DNA of 52,376 bases from Frankiales bacterium (GTDB lineage Bacteria > Actinomycetota > Actinomycetes > Mycobacteriales > SCTD01). The notes below the pieces were generated by a model. The model searched no databases, was not told the origin of the DNA, and saw nothing but the letters and a program-made list of their open reading frames with translations. The DNA is taken from positions 1 through 52,376 of the forward strand of contig JAOPVV010000173.1 of the NCBI GenBank assembly GCA_025966005.1, given 5' to 3'. Position 1 is the first letter of the stretch. Each line of letters begins with the position of its first letter. The position numbers and the translations under genes are program-made. This document shows, one piece after another, positions 1-8,339 of the stretch.

Positions 1-1149
1 GCCGGCGGCGGTGCGCCGGCGGCGGGCGCGAAGGGCGCCGCGCCACCGGCGGCGGCCCGCAAGGAGCCCCTCGTCATCGGGAACGTCGGGACCTACAGCG
101 GGCCGAGCGGGTCGGCGTGGAAGCCGGGTGTCGAGGCGCTCAAGGTGTGGGCCAAGGACATCAACGGGCGCGGTGGCCTGGACGGTCACCCGGTCCAGCT
201 GATCTCGGTCGACGACGCCGGCGACCCGGCGCGTCACCTGTCGGCGGTCAAGGACCTGGTCGAGAACAAGAAGGCCTTCGCCTTTGCCTACAACATCGTC
301 TCGACGAGCGGCTCCGACGCCGTCGACGCCTACCTCGCGCAGAAGGGCGTACCGGTCCTCGGCGGCGACCTCACCTACAAGGTGTGGGACAAGAACAAGA
401 TGTACTTCCCCAACGGCACCCCGCAGGACGACCAGATCCTGGCGCACGTGTCCGGCGCGGCCAAGCTGCGTCCCAAGCTCAAGAAGTTCGGCTCCTTTAC
501 CTGCCGTGAGGCCGAGGGCTGCCAGGCCGCGCGGGCGGCGTACCCCGCTGCCTCCAGGAAGGCCGGGCTGGAGCCGGTCTACAACGCCGAGGTCTCCATC
601 GCCCAGCCGGACTTCACCTCCGAGTGCCTCGGCGCCCGAAACGCCGGCGTCGAGATCCTCGCCATCGTCGTCGACCCGAACTCGGCGCGTCGCGTCGCGG
701 ACTCCTGTGCCCGCCAGAACTTCCGACCCACGTTCCTGTTCGTCGCCACGGTCGTGTCGAGCGGCCAGAACGGCGCGGAGAGCATCAACGGCACCATCGG
801 CGTCATCAGCACTGCCCCCTGGGTCTCCGCCGTCAGCCCCGGACAGGTCGCCTTCCAGGCAGCGGTCCGCAAGTACGCGCCGAGCCTGAAGCTGAACGGC
901 GCCTCCACGCTGGGCTACTCCTCCGGGGTGCTCCTGGAGACCGCGGCCAAGCTCGGTCTCGGGCAGCCGGCCTCCCGGGCCGCGCTCATCAAGAACCTCG
1001 GCACGTTCCGCACCGAGACCCTCGGCGGCCTGACGCCTCCGCTGAACTTCACCCCGGGCAACAAGCGCGTCGTGCCGTGCTTCTTCGCCCTCGAGTACAC
1101 GAACACGAAGTGGGGCCAGGCCAACGGCGGCAAGCACCTCTGTCCCTGA
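1..1149 (+). CDS. ABC transporter substrate-binding protein, LivJ/type-I periplasmic-binding family (5' end lies outside the window)
   Basis: Frame 1 is open from base 1 (..PLVIGNVGTYSGPSGSAW..) and continues into track ORF 145..1149. Layout and segments such as AYLAQKGVPVLGG fit Leu/Ile/Val-type binding proteins. High GC3. Confidence 0.85.
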   Translation, partial: AGGGAPAAGAKGAAPPAAARKEPLVIGNVGTYSGPSGSAWKPGVEALKVWAKDINGRGGLDGHPVQLISVDDAGDPARHLSAVKDLVENKKAFAFAYNIVSTSGSDAVDAYLAQKGVPVLGGDLTYKVWDKNKMYFPNGTPQDDQILAHVSGAAKLRPKLKKFGSFTCREAEGCQAARAAYPAASRKAGLEPVYNAEVSIAQPDFTSECLGARNAGVEILAIVVDPNSARRVADSCARQNFRPTFLFVATVVSSGQNGAESINGTIGVISTAPWVSAVSPGQVAFQAAVRKYAPSLKLNGASTLGYSSGVLLETAAKLGLGQPASRAALIKNLGTFRTETLGGLTPPLNFTPGNKRVVPCFFALEYTNTKWGQANGGKHLCP

Positions 1150-1175
1150 GGGGTCGCCCGCACGGGCGTGGTGCG

Positions 1176-1210
1176 CGGGCCTCCCGCCCCTTCCGGTGGT
1201 GGGAGGCCCG
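1176..1210. terminator. GC-rich hairpin between convergent genes (possible bidirectional terminator)
   Basis: cgggcctccc (1176-1185) is the exact reverse complement of gggaggcccg (1201-1210), with a 15-nt loop. It lies between the stop at 1149 (+) and the stop at 1225 (-). No T-tract. Confidence 0.45.
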
Positions 1211-1224
1211 GCGCCGGCGCAGGG

Positions 1225-2013
1225 TCAGGCGAGCCCGGCCTCGACGTCCTCGCTGCCGAGGTAGGCAGCCCGCACGACGTCGCTCGAGGCGATCTCACGG
1301 GCGGTCCCCTCGAACACGAGCTTGCCGAAGTCCAGCACGTAGACGTAGTCGCAGATGCCGAGCACCAGGCTCATGTCGTGCTCCACGACCAGGATGCCCA
1401 GGTCGCGCTCGCGCACCAGATCGAGCAGGATCTCGCCGAAGCGGGCCGTCTCGCTCTTGTCCAGGCCGGACGAGGGCTCGTCGAGAAGCAGGACGCGGAA
1501 GTCGCCCGCCGTCACGCGGGCCAGCTCGACCAGGCGGCGCTGGCCGGTCGACAGCTCGCCGGGCCGGCGGTCGGCGAGGTCGGTGATGCCGCACAGGTCC
1601 ATCGCAGCATGCGCGGCGTCGAGCGCCTCCCGTCGTTCGCTGCGCCGGGCCACGAGCTGCCGCAGCGGGCTGTTGCCGGCGATTCCGGCCTCGCGACCGA
1701 GCGCGACGTTCTCGAGCACCGGCAGCGAGTCGAACAGCTCCATGCGCTGGAACGTGCGTCCCAGTCCGCGCTGTGCGCGGGCCGTGGGCGACAGCGAGAA
1801 GGCGTCCTCGCCGAACAGCAGCACCTGGCCGGACGTCGGGCGGTTGAGCCCGCTGCAGGAGTTGAAGGTGGTGGTCTTGCCGGCGCCGTTCGGGCCGATG
1901 AGCCCGGTGATGCGCCCGAGCGGGGCCTGCAGGCTGGCGCCGTCCACCGCGGTCAAGCCGCCGAACCGCACGACCAGGTCGCGCACTTCGAGGGCTGGCT
2001 GGTCTGCGCTCAT
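1225..2013 (-). CDS. ABC transporter ATP-binding protein, LivG type
   Basis: Walker A GPNGAGKTTTF, signature LSTGQRRLVELAR, Walker B VLLLDEPSSGLD. ATG at 2013 (MSADQPALEVRDL) is preceded by GGAGAA. The longer track ORF to 2112 was rejected as an upstream extension. Confidence 0.9.
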   Translation of the reverse strand: MSADQPALEVRDLVVRFGGLTAVDGASLQAPLGRITGLIGPNGAGKTTTFNSCSGLNRPTSGQVLLFGEDAFSLSPTARAQRGLGRTFQRMELFDSLPVLENVALGREAGIAGNSPLRQLVARRSERREALDAAHAAMDLCGITDLADRRPGELSTGQRRLVELARVTAGDFRVLLLDEPSSGLDKSETARFGEILLDLVRERDLGILVVEHDMSLVLGICDYVYVLDFGKLVFEGTAREIASSDVVRAAYLGSEDVEAGLA

Positions 2014-2104
2014 CGTTTCTCCGGCGACGTCGGCCGGGTGGCGGCAGGAGATCCGCGCCCCGTGTCGAAGCCTCCTGGACAGAGGCTCCACGCCACGAAC
2101 TGTA

Positions 2105-2130
2105 TTGCACAACTACGACATATTGTGCAG
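2105..2130. promoter_or_regulatory. AT-rich imperfect inverted repeat in the divergent promoter region
   Basis: TTGCACAA (2105-2112), N10, TTGTGCAG (2123-2130); 7 of 8 positions are complementary. This is the only AT-rich patch between the divergent starts at 2013 (-) and 2226 (+). Confidence 0.4.
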
Positions 2131-2225
2131 TTAGTGCTTCACTCGCCCTGTCGACGTCGCGCCGTGACCCTGTGCAGTGCGAGCACGTCCTAGACCGCTC
2201 CCATCGACTCTGGAAGAGGCTGACC

Positions 2226-3566
2226 GTGACCCGTGACCGGTCCTTGCGCAGTGGCTGCAGGTCCCGCCCGGCGGGCGGGGTCCTCGCCGCGGTGGCGGTG
2301 CTCGGCATGACGGGGCTGCTCGGAGCGGCTTCGCAGCCCGGCGCGCTCGCCCAGGAGGAGGCAGCCGTCAGCCCGAGCGAGTTCTTCGCGGTCGGCAGCG
2401 CCGAGGGCGTGCGGATCGCGGCGGCGTCGCCCGGCTTCCTCGTCGTCGAGCAGTTCGCCGACGCCGGCCTGCCGGCCGCGCAGGCCCTGACCAGCTCGAC
2501 CGACGCGCAGGGGTACGCGGCAGCGCCCTACCCGGGGGCGGAGACGTTCGGCGTGCTCGGCACGGCCAGCGGAGCCTCCGGGCAGGACCTCAACGACTTC
2601 CCGCTGGCCGTGCGGACCGACAGCGCAACCCCGGCGCAGGAGCGGACCGTGGGACCGGTCGTCCTGAAGTCCGTCACCGGAGCGAGCTCGACCACGTCGA
2701 GCGCAGTGGGCGGCGCTGCCGTCACCGAGGCCGGCACGATCGGATCGTCGGAGGCCTCCGCCCGCTCCAGCCACGCCGCGAACGGCACGTCCGTCGCCGC
2801 CTCCGCCAGCCGGGCCGGCTCCGTCGTCATTGGGGACGTGCTGCGGATCGGCGGGGTGTCGGCGACGGCCGAGGTCACCGCGCCACTGAGCGGCGCGCTC
2901 GTCCGGCGCAGCGCGCTGGTGATCGGCGAGGTCCGGGTGGCCGGACAGGCGGTCGGCGTGACGGAGAAGGGACTGGTCCTGCCCGGCACCGAGGTCGCCC
3001 TTCCCCGCGACAGCGCACTGGCGCAGGCCCTGGCCGGCCAGGGCATCACGGTGGAGTACATCGCGCTGACCACGACGAAGGACGGCGTCATCTCGGCCGG
3101 TCTGCTGGTGGAGCAGGTGCGCTCCGTCCCGGGACTTCCGGAGCCGGTCACGGTGAGCTACACGTTCGGCCGGGCTGCCGCCTTCGCCAAGGGCGGCGAG
3201 GGGGAGACGTCGGTGACCGACGAGGAGCCGGTTCTCTCGCCGGTGGACCCGTCCTCCGCCGCACCGCCAGGCCTCGACGCCGGCGGCACGGCAGCCTCGG
3301 AGGCCAGAGACTCCGGGCTGCTCGCGGCAGGCGGCGCGGTGCCGCCCCTCCCGGAGTCCGCCGGAGGCGTCGGGAGCGCCGACACGGCGGCTCCCGTGAC
3401 TGCCCCCGCCGAGGGCTCGACGCGCGCGGTCGCCGCGTCGTCCAGCCGCGGGGCCCTGGCAGCCGACACCTCCTACTTCTACCTCGTGCTCGTGGCCGGC
3501 GGAGCCCTGCTCGTCGGCGGAGTCCAACTACTGCGACTGTTCGGAGTGAGAGTGCTATGGGCGTGA
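2226..3566 (+). CDS. Secreted, C-terminally membrane-anchored Ala/Ser/Gly/Val-rich protein of unknown function
   Basis: GTG 2226 is preceded by GGAAGAGG. Signal-peptide-like N-terminus RSRPAGGVLAAVAVLGMTGLLGAASQPGALA/QEE. C-terminal hydrophobic helix YFYLVLVAGGALLVGGVQLL followed by basic residues. High GC3 throughout. Lies inside track ORF 2172..3566. Confidence 0.6.
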   Translation: MTRDRSLRSGCRSRPAGGVLAAVAVLGMTGLLGAASQPGALAQEEAAVSPSEFFAVGSAEGVRIAAASPGFLVVEQFADAGLPAAQALTSSTDAQGYAAAPYPGAETFGVLGTASGASGQDLNDFPLAVRTDSATPAQERTVGPVVLKSVTGASSTTSSAVGGAAVTEAGTIGSSEASARSSHAANGTSVAASASRAGSVVIGDVLRIGGVSATAEVTAPLSGALVRRSALVIGEVRVAGQAVGVTEKGLVLPGTEVALPRDSALAQALAGQGITVEYIALTTTKDGVISAGLLVEQVRSVPGLPEPVTVSYTFGRAAAFAKGGEGETSVTDEEPVLSPVDPSSAAPPGLDAGGTAASEARDSGLLAAGGAVPPLPESAGGVGSADTAAPVTAPAEGSTRAVAASSSRGALAADTSYFYLVLVAGGALLVGGVQLLRLFGVRVLWA

Positions 3567-3913
3567 AGACCTTCGTACTGGTCCAGTGGGACCGCGTGTT
3601 CGCCTGGGTGGCAGTGGCTCTGGGCCTGCTGGTCCTGCTCATCGGCTGGCTGGGCGTGAGCCGGTCGGCCTTCGTCTTCGAGCAGCTGCCCTACGTCGTC
3701 AGCGGCGGGGTCGGCGGACTGTTCCTGCTGGGTGTCGGCGCGATGATGTGGCTGTCCGCGGATCTGCGCGACGAGTGGCGCAAGCTGGACGCGCTGGAGG
3801 TGGCCCTGCTGGCGACCCAGCAGGCGGAGCTGCCCGACGAGCCGGTCGCACCGCCGCTCGGCTCCGCAGCCCCCGCGCCGCGAGGTGCCCGCAGGACGTC
3901 GCGCTCGTCGTGA
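3557..3913 (+). CDS. Small two-TM membrane protein, unknown function
   Basis: ATG 3557 overlaps the upstream stop (3564-3566) by 10 nt. Two predicted helices (FAWVAVALGLLVLLIGWLGV and GGVGGLFLLGVGAMMWL), then a charged/helical tail DLRDEWRKLDALEVALL. Confidence 0.55.
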   Translation: MGVKTFVLVQWDRVFAWVAVALGLLVLLIGWLGVSRSAFVFEQLPYVVSGGVGGLFLLGVGAMMWLSADLRDEWRKLDALEVALLATQQAELPDEPVAPPLGSAAPAPRGARRTSRSS

Positions 3914-4485
3914 CGGCGGTGCAGGTCACCGCCGCGCGGCCCGTGCGCCGCGCGGCCGGGTCGACCGGACGCGAGAGCCGTGCCGTGCCGGCCAGCTCGT
4001 CCGTCCCGTGGCTGCCGTCGGATGCCCTGCGCCTGCTGGTCTGCAACGTGCTCGGACTGCTCCTCGTGGTCGGGGCCTGGCTCGGCGTCGGCAGTACCGC
4101 GCAGGTGACCGCGCAGTTCGGCTGGCTGTCCCTGGTCGTCATCGGGTTCCTGATCTCGAGCGTGGGCAGCGGCGCCTGGGTGCTGACCGGTCGCAGGACC
4201 GTGGGGCTGCGTCTCGCGGAGCTGCTGGAGTCGACACCGCTCACCGAGCAGCTGCTGCACCCGGCCGTCGACACGCACGAGCCGCCTCCCGCCGCGGTCG
4301 TGGCCGAGGACGCGCGGACCGCGTCGGACCTCCTGTCGGCCGTGCCCGGGACCGCGCGCTACCACCGCGCCGGCTGCGCCCTGGTGCGTGGCAAGTCGGT
4401 GGAGCACACCGACGTGCCTGGCCACGAGACGAGCGGCCGCCGCCCCTGCGAGCTGTGCCGGCCGGACGAGGGAGCAGCCGCATGA
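3910..4485 (+). CDS. Two-TM membrane protein with a C-terminal Cys/His zinc-ribbon-like motif; distant paralog of 3557..3913
   Basis: GTG 3910 overlaps the stop at 3911-3913 (GTGA). TM hairpin LGLLLVVGAWLGVGSTAQVTAQFGWLSLVVIGFLISSVGSGAWVL resembles the hairpin of the preceding gene. C-terminus reads YHRAGC..(24 aa)..RRPCELCRP. Its stop overlaps the next ATG (ATGA at 4482-4485). Confidence 0.55.
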   Translation: MTAVQVTAARPVRRAAGSTGRESRAVPASSSVPWLPSDALRLLVCNVLGLLLVVGAWLGVGSTAQVTAQFGWLSLVVIGFLISSVGSGAWVLTGRRTVGLRLAELLESTPLTEQLLHPAVDTHEPPPAAVVAEDARTASDLLSAVPGTARYHRAGCALVRGKSVEHTDVPGHETSGRRPCELCRPDEGAAA

Positions 4486-6458
4486 GCGAGTTCCTGATCT
4501 ACGTCGTGGCCGGGCTCGTGACCGGGTCGCTGTACGGCCTGGCCGGGATGGGTCTGGTCCTGACCTACAAGACCTCGGGCATCTTCAACTTCGCCCACGG
4601 CGCGGTGGCGACCATCGCCGCCTTCTGCTTCTACACCCTGTACGTCACGCTCGGGTGGCCGTGGCCGATCGCCCTGGTGCTCTGCGTGCTCGGTCTCGGA
4701 GTCCTGCTGGGAGTCCTGCTCGAGAGGCTCGGGCGGACCCTGGCCAGCGTCAGCCCGGCGATGCAGATCGTGGCGACGGTCGGCCTGCTCATCGCGGTCA
4801 ACGGGCTGACGGTGACGGTCTTCGGCGCCGAGTCGCGGTCGGTGCCGCCCTTCCTCCCGGTCGACAACCTGTCGCTGGGTGGGCTCAACGTCGGGGTCGA
4901 CCAGGTCATCGTGTTCCTCATCGCCCTGTCGAGCGCCGTCGGGCTGTTCCTGTTCTTCCGGACCACGACGCTCGGGCTGTCCATGCAGGCCGTGGTGGAC
5001 GACCCTGCGCTGCTGTCGATGGGGGGAACGAGCCCTGTCCGCGTGCGCCTCATCTCCTGGGTCATCGGGGCGTCCTTCGCCTGCCTGTCCGGTGTGCTGC
5101 TCGTCCCGACGGTCGGCCTGGACGCGACGATCCTGACGTTGCTGGTCGTGCAGGCCTTCGGTGCGGGCGCGGTGGGCCTGTTCTCCAGCCTGCCGCTGAC
5201 CTACGCCGGCGGACTGCTGATCGGTGTGCTCGCCGCGCTGTCCACCGCCTACACAGGCTCGGTCTCCTTCCTCGCCGGCCTGCCGTCCGCCGTGCCGTTC
5301 CTCGTGCTGTTCGCCGTGCTGCTGTTCGCGCCGAAGCGCCGGTTGGTCGAGGTCGGCGGTCAGCTCAGGCTTCTGGCCAAGGCGCCGCCCTCGTTCAGCC
5401 CGCCGACCAAGGCGGTCGTCGGCGGCCTCTCGCTCGTCGTGCTCGTCGCCCTGCCGGTGCTGGTCGGGGCCAAGTTGCCGATCTTCACCAACGGCGTCAT
5501 CTTCGTCATCATCTTCTTGTCGCTGCACCTGCTCGTGCGCACGTCGGGCCAGGTGTCCCTGGCGCACGCGTCGTTCGCGGCCGTCGGGGCGGCGGGTTTC
5601 TCGCACCTCGCCGTCGATGCCGGGCTGCCGTGGCTGCTGGCGGTGCTCGGCGCCGGACTCGTCACGGTGCCGGTCGGGGCCCTGGTCGCCGTCCCCGCGA
5701 TCCGGCTGTCGGGGCTGTACCTCGCGGTCGCCACCCTGGGCTTCGGGATCCTCATCGAACGGCTGCTGTTCGGGACGAGCCTGATGTTCGGGGCGGCCCT
5801 GTCGCTGCCGGCGCCGCGACCAGAGGTCCTGGGGCTCGACTCCGACCGGGGCTACTACTACGTCGTGCTGGCCCTGACCCTGGTCATGGCGGGCCTGGCG
5901 ACGTTCGTCATCCGGGGCCGGCTCGGCCGGATGCTGCGCGCCATGTCGGACTCGCCGACCGCGCTCAGCACCCTGGGTGCGGGCGTGAACTCCATGCGGG
6001 TCCTCGTCTTCTGCATCTCGGCCTTCATGGCCGGGATCGCCGGAGCGCTGTTCGCCGGGCTCACCCAGTCGGTGGGAGCGGTGGGCTTCAGCTTCTTCGC
6101 CTCGCTGACCTGGCTGACCATCCTGGTCATCTCGGGGGCGCCGTTCCGCTACGCCCCGCTGCCGACGGCGGTTCTCGGTGGCATCAACATCGCAGTGCTG
6201 CCGTCGTACCTGACCGATGAGCGGCTGCTGAGCCTGCTGCCGGCGGTCTTCGGCGTGGCGGCGGTCGCGAACGCGCTGCTGACCGATCGCGACACCTCAC
6301 GCGCCCCCTCGCAGGAGGAGCGGGACGCTCCGGCGGTGCTCGGCGGGCAGGGTGGGCGTCGCGCGGCGGCACGCCGGCGCAGTCCGGTCACCGCACGGAT
6401 GGCCGTCCCCGCGCCGCCGTCACCCGCGGCGCGCGACCTGACCGGGGCGCGGCTGTGA
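4482..6458 (+). CDS. Fused LivH-LivM type branched-chain-amino-acid-family ABC permease
   Basis: N-terminal half MSEFLIYVVAGLVTGSLYGLAGMGLVLTYKTSGIFNFAHGAV is LivH-like. The second half (..SGQVSLAHASFAAVGAAGF..GLYLAVATLGFG..) is LivM-like. About 18 hydrophobic segments. The portion of track ORF 3885..6458 upstream of 4482 was rejected. Confidence 0.9.
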   Translation: MSEFLIYVVAGLVTGSLYGLAGMGLVLTYKTSGIFNFAHGAVATIAAFCFYTLYVTLGWPWPIALVLCVLGLGVLLGVLLERLGRTLASVSPAMQIVATVGLLIAVNGLTVTVFGAESRSVPPFLPVDNLSLGGLNVGVDQVIVFLIALSSAVGLFLFFRTTTLGLSMQAVVDDPALLSMGGTSPVRVRLISWVIGASFACLSGVLLVPTVGLDATILTLLVVQAFGAGAVGLFSSLPLTYAGGLLIGVLAALSTAYTGSVSFLAGLPSAVPFLVLFAVLLFAPKRRLVEVGGQLRLLAKAPPSFSPPTKAVVGGLSLVVLVALPVLVGAKLPIFTNGVIFVIIFLSLHLLVRTSGQVSLAHASFAAVGAAGFSHLAVDAGLPWLLAVLGAGLVTVPVGALVAVPAIRLSGLYLAVATLGFGILIERLLFGTSLMFGAALSLPAPRPEVLGLDSDRGYYYVVLALTLVMAGLATFVIRGRLGRMLRAMSDSPTALSTLGAGVNSMRVLVFCISAFMAGIAGALFAGLTQSVGAVGFSFFASLTWLTILVISGAPFRYAPLPTAVLGGINIAVLPSYLTDERLLSLLPAVFGVAAVANALLTDRDTSRAPSQEERDAPAVLGGQGGRRAAARRRSPVTARMAVPAPPSPAARDLTGARL

Positions 6459-6494
6459 CCGGCCGGACCCACGACCTGACGACGGAGGACTGAC

Positions 6495-7190
6495 GTGCTC
6501 GAGCTGCGCGCGGTCGATGCGGGCTACGGCGACACCACGGTCCTGCGCGGGGTCGACCTCGTCGTGCCCGACGGCGCTGTCGTGGCCCTGCTGGGCGCCA
6601 ACGGCGCCGGAAAGACGACGCTGCTGCGCACGGCGTCCGGGCTGCTCAACCCTACGTCCGGGTCCGTGCTCGTCGATGGCGCGGATGCGAGTCGTTGGCC
6701 GCCGCACCGGCTGGCCAAGGCCGGCGTCGGGCACGTGCCGGAGGGGCGGGGCGTCTTCCGCAGCCTGACCTTGCGGCAGAACCTGCGGCTGCAGGCGGTG
6801 TCGGTCACCGTCGAGGAGGCGATCGAGCGAGCCGTCGGTGCGTTCCCCGTGCTGGGAGAGCGGCTCGATCAGGTGGCAGGGACGATGAGCGGCGGCCAGC
6901 AGCAGATGCTCGCGCTGGCCCGCGGCTACGTCGAGAACCCCCGCTACCTGCTGCTGGACGAGGTGTCGATGGGGCTCGCGCCGATCATCGTGGACGAGAT
7001 CTTCGCGTTCCTGGCTGTTCTCGCCCAGGAGGGCACCGGTCTGCTGCTCGTCGAGCAGTACGTCACGCGCGCCCTCGAGCTGGCCGACCTGGTCTACGTC
7101 CTCAACCGGGGGGAGGTCGCCTTCGCCGGCGAGCCCAGCGAGCTCGACAGCGCCGAGCTGTTCGAGCAGTACCTCGGCGTTACGGTCTAG
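6495..7190 (+). CDS. ABC transporter ATP-binding protein, LivF type
   Basis: GTG 6495 follows GGAGGAC. Walker A GANGAGKTTLL, signature MSGGQQQMLALARG, Walker B LLLDEVSMGLAP. Confidence 0.9.
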   Translation: MLELRAVDAGYGDTTVLRGVDLVVPDGAVVALLGANGAGKTTLLRTASGLLNPTSGSVLVDGADASRWPPHRLAKAGVGHVPEGRGVFRSLTLRQNLRLQAVSVTVEEAIERAVGAFPVLGERLDQVAGTMSGGQQQMLALARGYVENPRYLLLDEVSMGLAPIIVDEIFAFLAVLAQEGTGLLLVEQYVTRALELADLVYVLNRGEVAFAGEPSELDSAELFEQYLGVTV

Positions 7191-7192
7191 CC

Positions 7193-8305
7193 GTGACGAA
7201 CACCCGCCCGCAACGCCCCTGGGACGTGCCGCTGAAAGATCAGGGCCACGACCCGAGCGCGATGCGCGGAGTCCTGCAGGGCTGGCTGATGGCGAAGGTG
7301 CCCGGGGCGCGGGACCTGCGGATCTCACCGGTGGAGCGCCCCAGCGGCAACGGCGTCTCCAACGAGACGGTGCTGTTCGACGCCACGTGGGAGGGCGGGG
7401 GCCGGCGGCTGGTGGGCCGGTTGCAGACCGACGACCCCCTCTACCTCGATGCCAGCGTCGAGCGCCAGTACCAGATGTACGCGTCGCTCGCGGCCGCACC
7501 AGGGGTCCCGGTGCCGGAAATGATCGGGTTCGAACCGGACCCCTCCGTGCTCGGGACGCCCTTCTTCGTCATGGAACGCGTCGCCGGGCTCGTGCCTGCG
7601 GACAACCCGCACTGGACCCGCGAGGGGTGGGTCGTGGACGCGAGCCCCGCGCAGCGCGAGACGCTCTGGCGCAGCGCCGTCGAGCGGCTCGTCGCGCTGC
7701 ACGCGGTCGACACGGCGCCCTTCTCCTTTCTGAGCCGGCCGGCTGACGGGCGGCACGGCCTGGAGCAGGACCTCACCTATTGGCGCCGCTCCTACCGCTG
7801 GGCCGCGGGCGGTCAGGTGCACCCGGTGATGGAGGCCGGTGAGGCGTGGCTGGTGGAGAACCTCCCGCCGGCCCCGGCCCCCGGCCTGTCCTGGGGGGAC
7901 AGTCGTCCCGAGAACATGATCTTCGAGGACTTCCGCTGCACCGCCCTGCTGGACTTCGAGAGCGCCTCGCTGGCAGGCCCGTCCGTGGACCTGGCCTGGT
8001 GGGCGCTGATGGACAAGGGCAGTGCGCGGCTGTCCGGGCTGGGCTCGCCCCAGCAGACCGTGGACCTGTACCGCCAGCTGGGGGGCGACCCGCTGCACGA
8101 TCTGCGCTACGGCCTGGTGCTCTGCGCCTTCCGGCTGGCAGCGATCTACCTGCGGCTGGCAGCGCAACTGGAGGCGCGCGGACTGCTCACCGAGCACAAC
8201 CGTGACCTGGGCCGGCACAGCGAGAAGCTCCAGCAGCTGGCCCTGCTGCTGGAGGTGCCCGCCCCGTGTCCGGTGACCGCCACGCTCCCCGCGCTCGACG
8301 TGTGA
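7193..8305 (+). CDS. Phosphotransferase-family (APH/choline-kinase-like) protein
   Basis: GTG 7193 lies 2 nt after the LivF stop. Motifs SGNGVSNETVLF, PFFVMERVAG, catalytic-loop-like WGDSRPENMIF and ALLDFE. Paralog of 19792..20910. Confidence 0.85.
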   Translation: MTNTRPQRPWDVPLKDQGHDPSAMRGVLQGWLMAKVPGARDLRISPVERPSGNGVSNETVLFDATWEGGGRRLVGRLQTDDPLYLDASVERQYQMYASLAAAPGVPVPEMIGFEPDPSVLGTPFFVMERVAGLVPADNPHWTREGWVVDASPAQRETLWRSAVERLVALHAVDTAPFSFLSRPADGRHGLEQDLTYWRRSYRWAAGGQVHPVMEAGEAWLVENLPPAPAPGLSWGDSRPENMIFEDFRCTALLDFESASLAGPSVDLAWWALMDKGSARLSGLGSPQQTVDLYRQLGGDPLHDLRYGLVLCAFRLAAIYLRLAAQLEARGLLTEHNRDLGRHSEKLQQLALLLEVPAPCPVTATLPALDV

Positions 8306-8339
8306 CCGGTCGACCCGGCCGGACGCCCAGCGACCGTCC

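Noticed and set aside
3885-4481. N-terminal extensions of tracked ORFs. Examples: 3885..4481 ahead of the LivHM permease, 11158..11415 ahead of the AKR, 24549..25115 ahead of the MoxR ATPase, 19653..20480 ahead of the LLM gene, 6695..7192 ahead of the kinase, 43273..43653 ahead of the ALDH.
   Set aside because: The extensions translate to Arg/Pro-rich junk and overlap real upstream genes or promoter regions. Internal starts have good RBS or 4-nt coupling and match family N-termini.
6240-6458. Possible frameshift or pseudogene at the 3' end of LivHM, because of a ~70-aa Arg/Ala/Pro-rich C-terminal tail.
   Set aside because: No alternative frame gives a better continuation, and the LivF gene starts normally 37 nt downstream. 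Disordered basic tails are common, so this is not enough to call a pseudogene.
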